This document shows positions 31,243 to 32,000 of a stretch of 32,000 bases of DNA, piece by piece. This stretch comes from Methanothermobacter thermautotrophicus str. Delta H. Its GTDB lineage: Archaea; Methanobacteriota; Methanobacteria; Methanobacteriales; Methanothermobacteraceae. The position numbers and the translations under genes were made by a program. The notes under the pieces are model-generated. The model saw only the letters and a program-made list of their open reading frames with translations. It made no database searches and was not told where the DNA came from. Positions within the stretch are counted from its first letter, which is position 1. Each line of letters starts with the position of its first letter. The stretch lies in the NCBI RefSeq assembly GCF_000008645.1, contig NC_000916.1:600001-632000 (forward strand), written 5' to 3'.

Positions 31243-32000
31243 ATGACTGATTATGACATGATAGTTATAGGGGCTGGCCCTGCAGGGCTCACAGCCGGTA
31301 TCTATGGTGGAAGGCAGGGAAGCAGCGTCCTGATGCTGGATAAGGGCCCGGCCGGTGGACTGGGCCTCGAGGTGCCCATGATGGAGAACTACCCGGGATT
31401 CGAGATGATCGCGGGAATGAGCCTCGTTACAAAGATGAAGAAACAGGCCACCGCTGTTGCAGAGCTGAGGGAAATGGAGGAGGTTAAGGAGATAGAGAAA
31501 GGTGATGTGTTCACGGTCAAGACATCAAGGGACACCTACACCGCCTCGGCAATCATCTTTGCAACCGGCAGCAAACACAGGCAGCTTGGAGTCCCAGGTG
31601 AGAACGACCTTCTGGGGCGGGGTGTCTGCTACTGTGCAACCTGCGATGGCCCCCTATACAAGGGTCGAAAGGTCCTGATGGTTGGAGGTGGTAACAGCGC
31701 AGCCCAGGAGGCCGTTTTCCTAAAGAACATAGGCTGTGATGTGAGTATAGTCCATCGGAGGGATGAGCTGAGGGCTGATAAGTACCTCCAGGACAAGCTT
31801 CGTGAGATGGAGATCCCTGTGATCTGGAACTCTGTGGTTAAGGAGATAGGGGGTGATGAGAGGGTTGAGGAGGTCATCATCCACAACCGTGTAACCGGCA
31901 GGGACGAGACCCTCAAGGTTGACGGTGTATTCATAGCAATCGGCGAAGAGCCCCTCAACCAGCTTGCAGTTGACCTCGGTGTTGAGGTGGATAAAGGAGG
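31243..32000 (+). CDS. trxB: Thioredoxin reductase-like pyridine nucleotide/flavin oxidoreductase, partial (runs off the right edge)
   Basis: [40 protein letters not shown]...[38 protein letters not shown]...; CATC redox motif. Not in the ORF track because it lacks an in-window stop. Confidence 0.92.
   Translation, partial: MTDYDMIVIGAGPAGLTAGIYGGRQGSSVLMLDKGPAGGLGLEVPMMENYPGFEMIAGMSLVTKMKKQATAVAELREMEEVKEIEKGDVFTVKTSRDTYTASAIIFATGSKHRQLGVPGENDLLGRGVCYCATCDGPLYKGRKVLMVGGGNSAAQEAVFLKNIGCDVSIVHRRDELRADKYLQDKLREMEIPVIWNSVVKEIGGDERVEEVIIHNRVTGRDETLKVDGVFIAIGEEPLNQLAVDLGVEVDKG

Overview
The window looks like Methanothermobacter chromosome (M. thermautotrophicus-like, judged from gene content, recognisable proteins and archaeal promoters; not verified by a search). 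From left to right: (1) a minus-strand group with a secreted CobN/Mg-chelatase-H-like protein truncated at the window edge, a secreted membrane-anchored protein with two FmdE-type metal-binding motifs, and an archaeal nicotianamine synthase. I consider this trio the best candidate for an undescribed surface metal or tetrapyrrole handling system. (2) A GNAT acetyltransferase. (3) The archaeal exosome/proteasome/RNase P/ribosomal superoperon (pfdB, pcc1, DUF2103, rpoP, rpl37ae, rrp42, rrp41, rrp4, SBDS, psmA, rnp2, rnp3, COG1325, rpl15e). (4) A CMD-family protein, an SPFH/NfeD pair, an XRE regulator, a MacB/FtsX-type ABC transporter, an AfpA-like flavoprotein, an adenosine-specific-kinase family protein and a short tandem repeat. 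(5) An XRE-cupin regulator, an acyl-CoA synthetase, VorCBA 2-oxoisovalerate ferredoxin oxidoreductase, GatD/GatE and a partial thioredoxin reductase-like gene. Three conserved genes are broken in the sequence as given: rpoP (1-nt shift), rpl15e (in-frame TAA) and the acyl-CoA synthetase (in-frame TGA). These are either sequence errors, real lesions or recoding.
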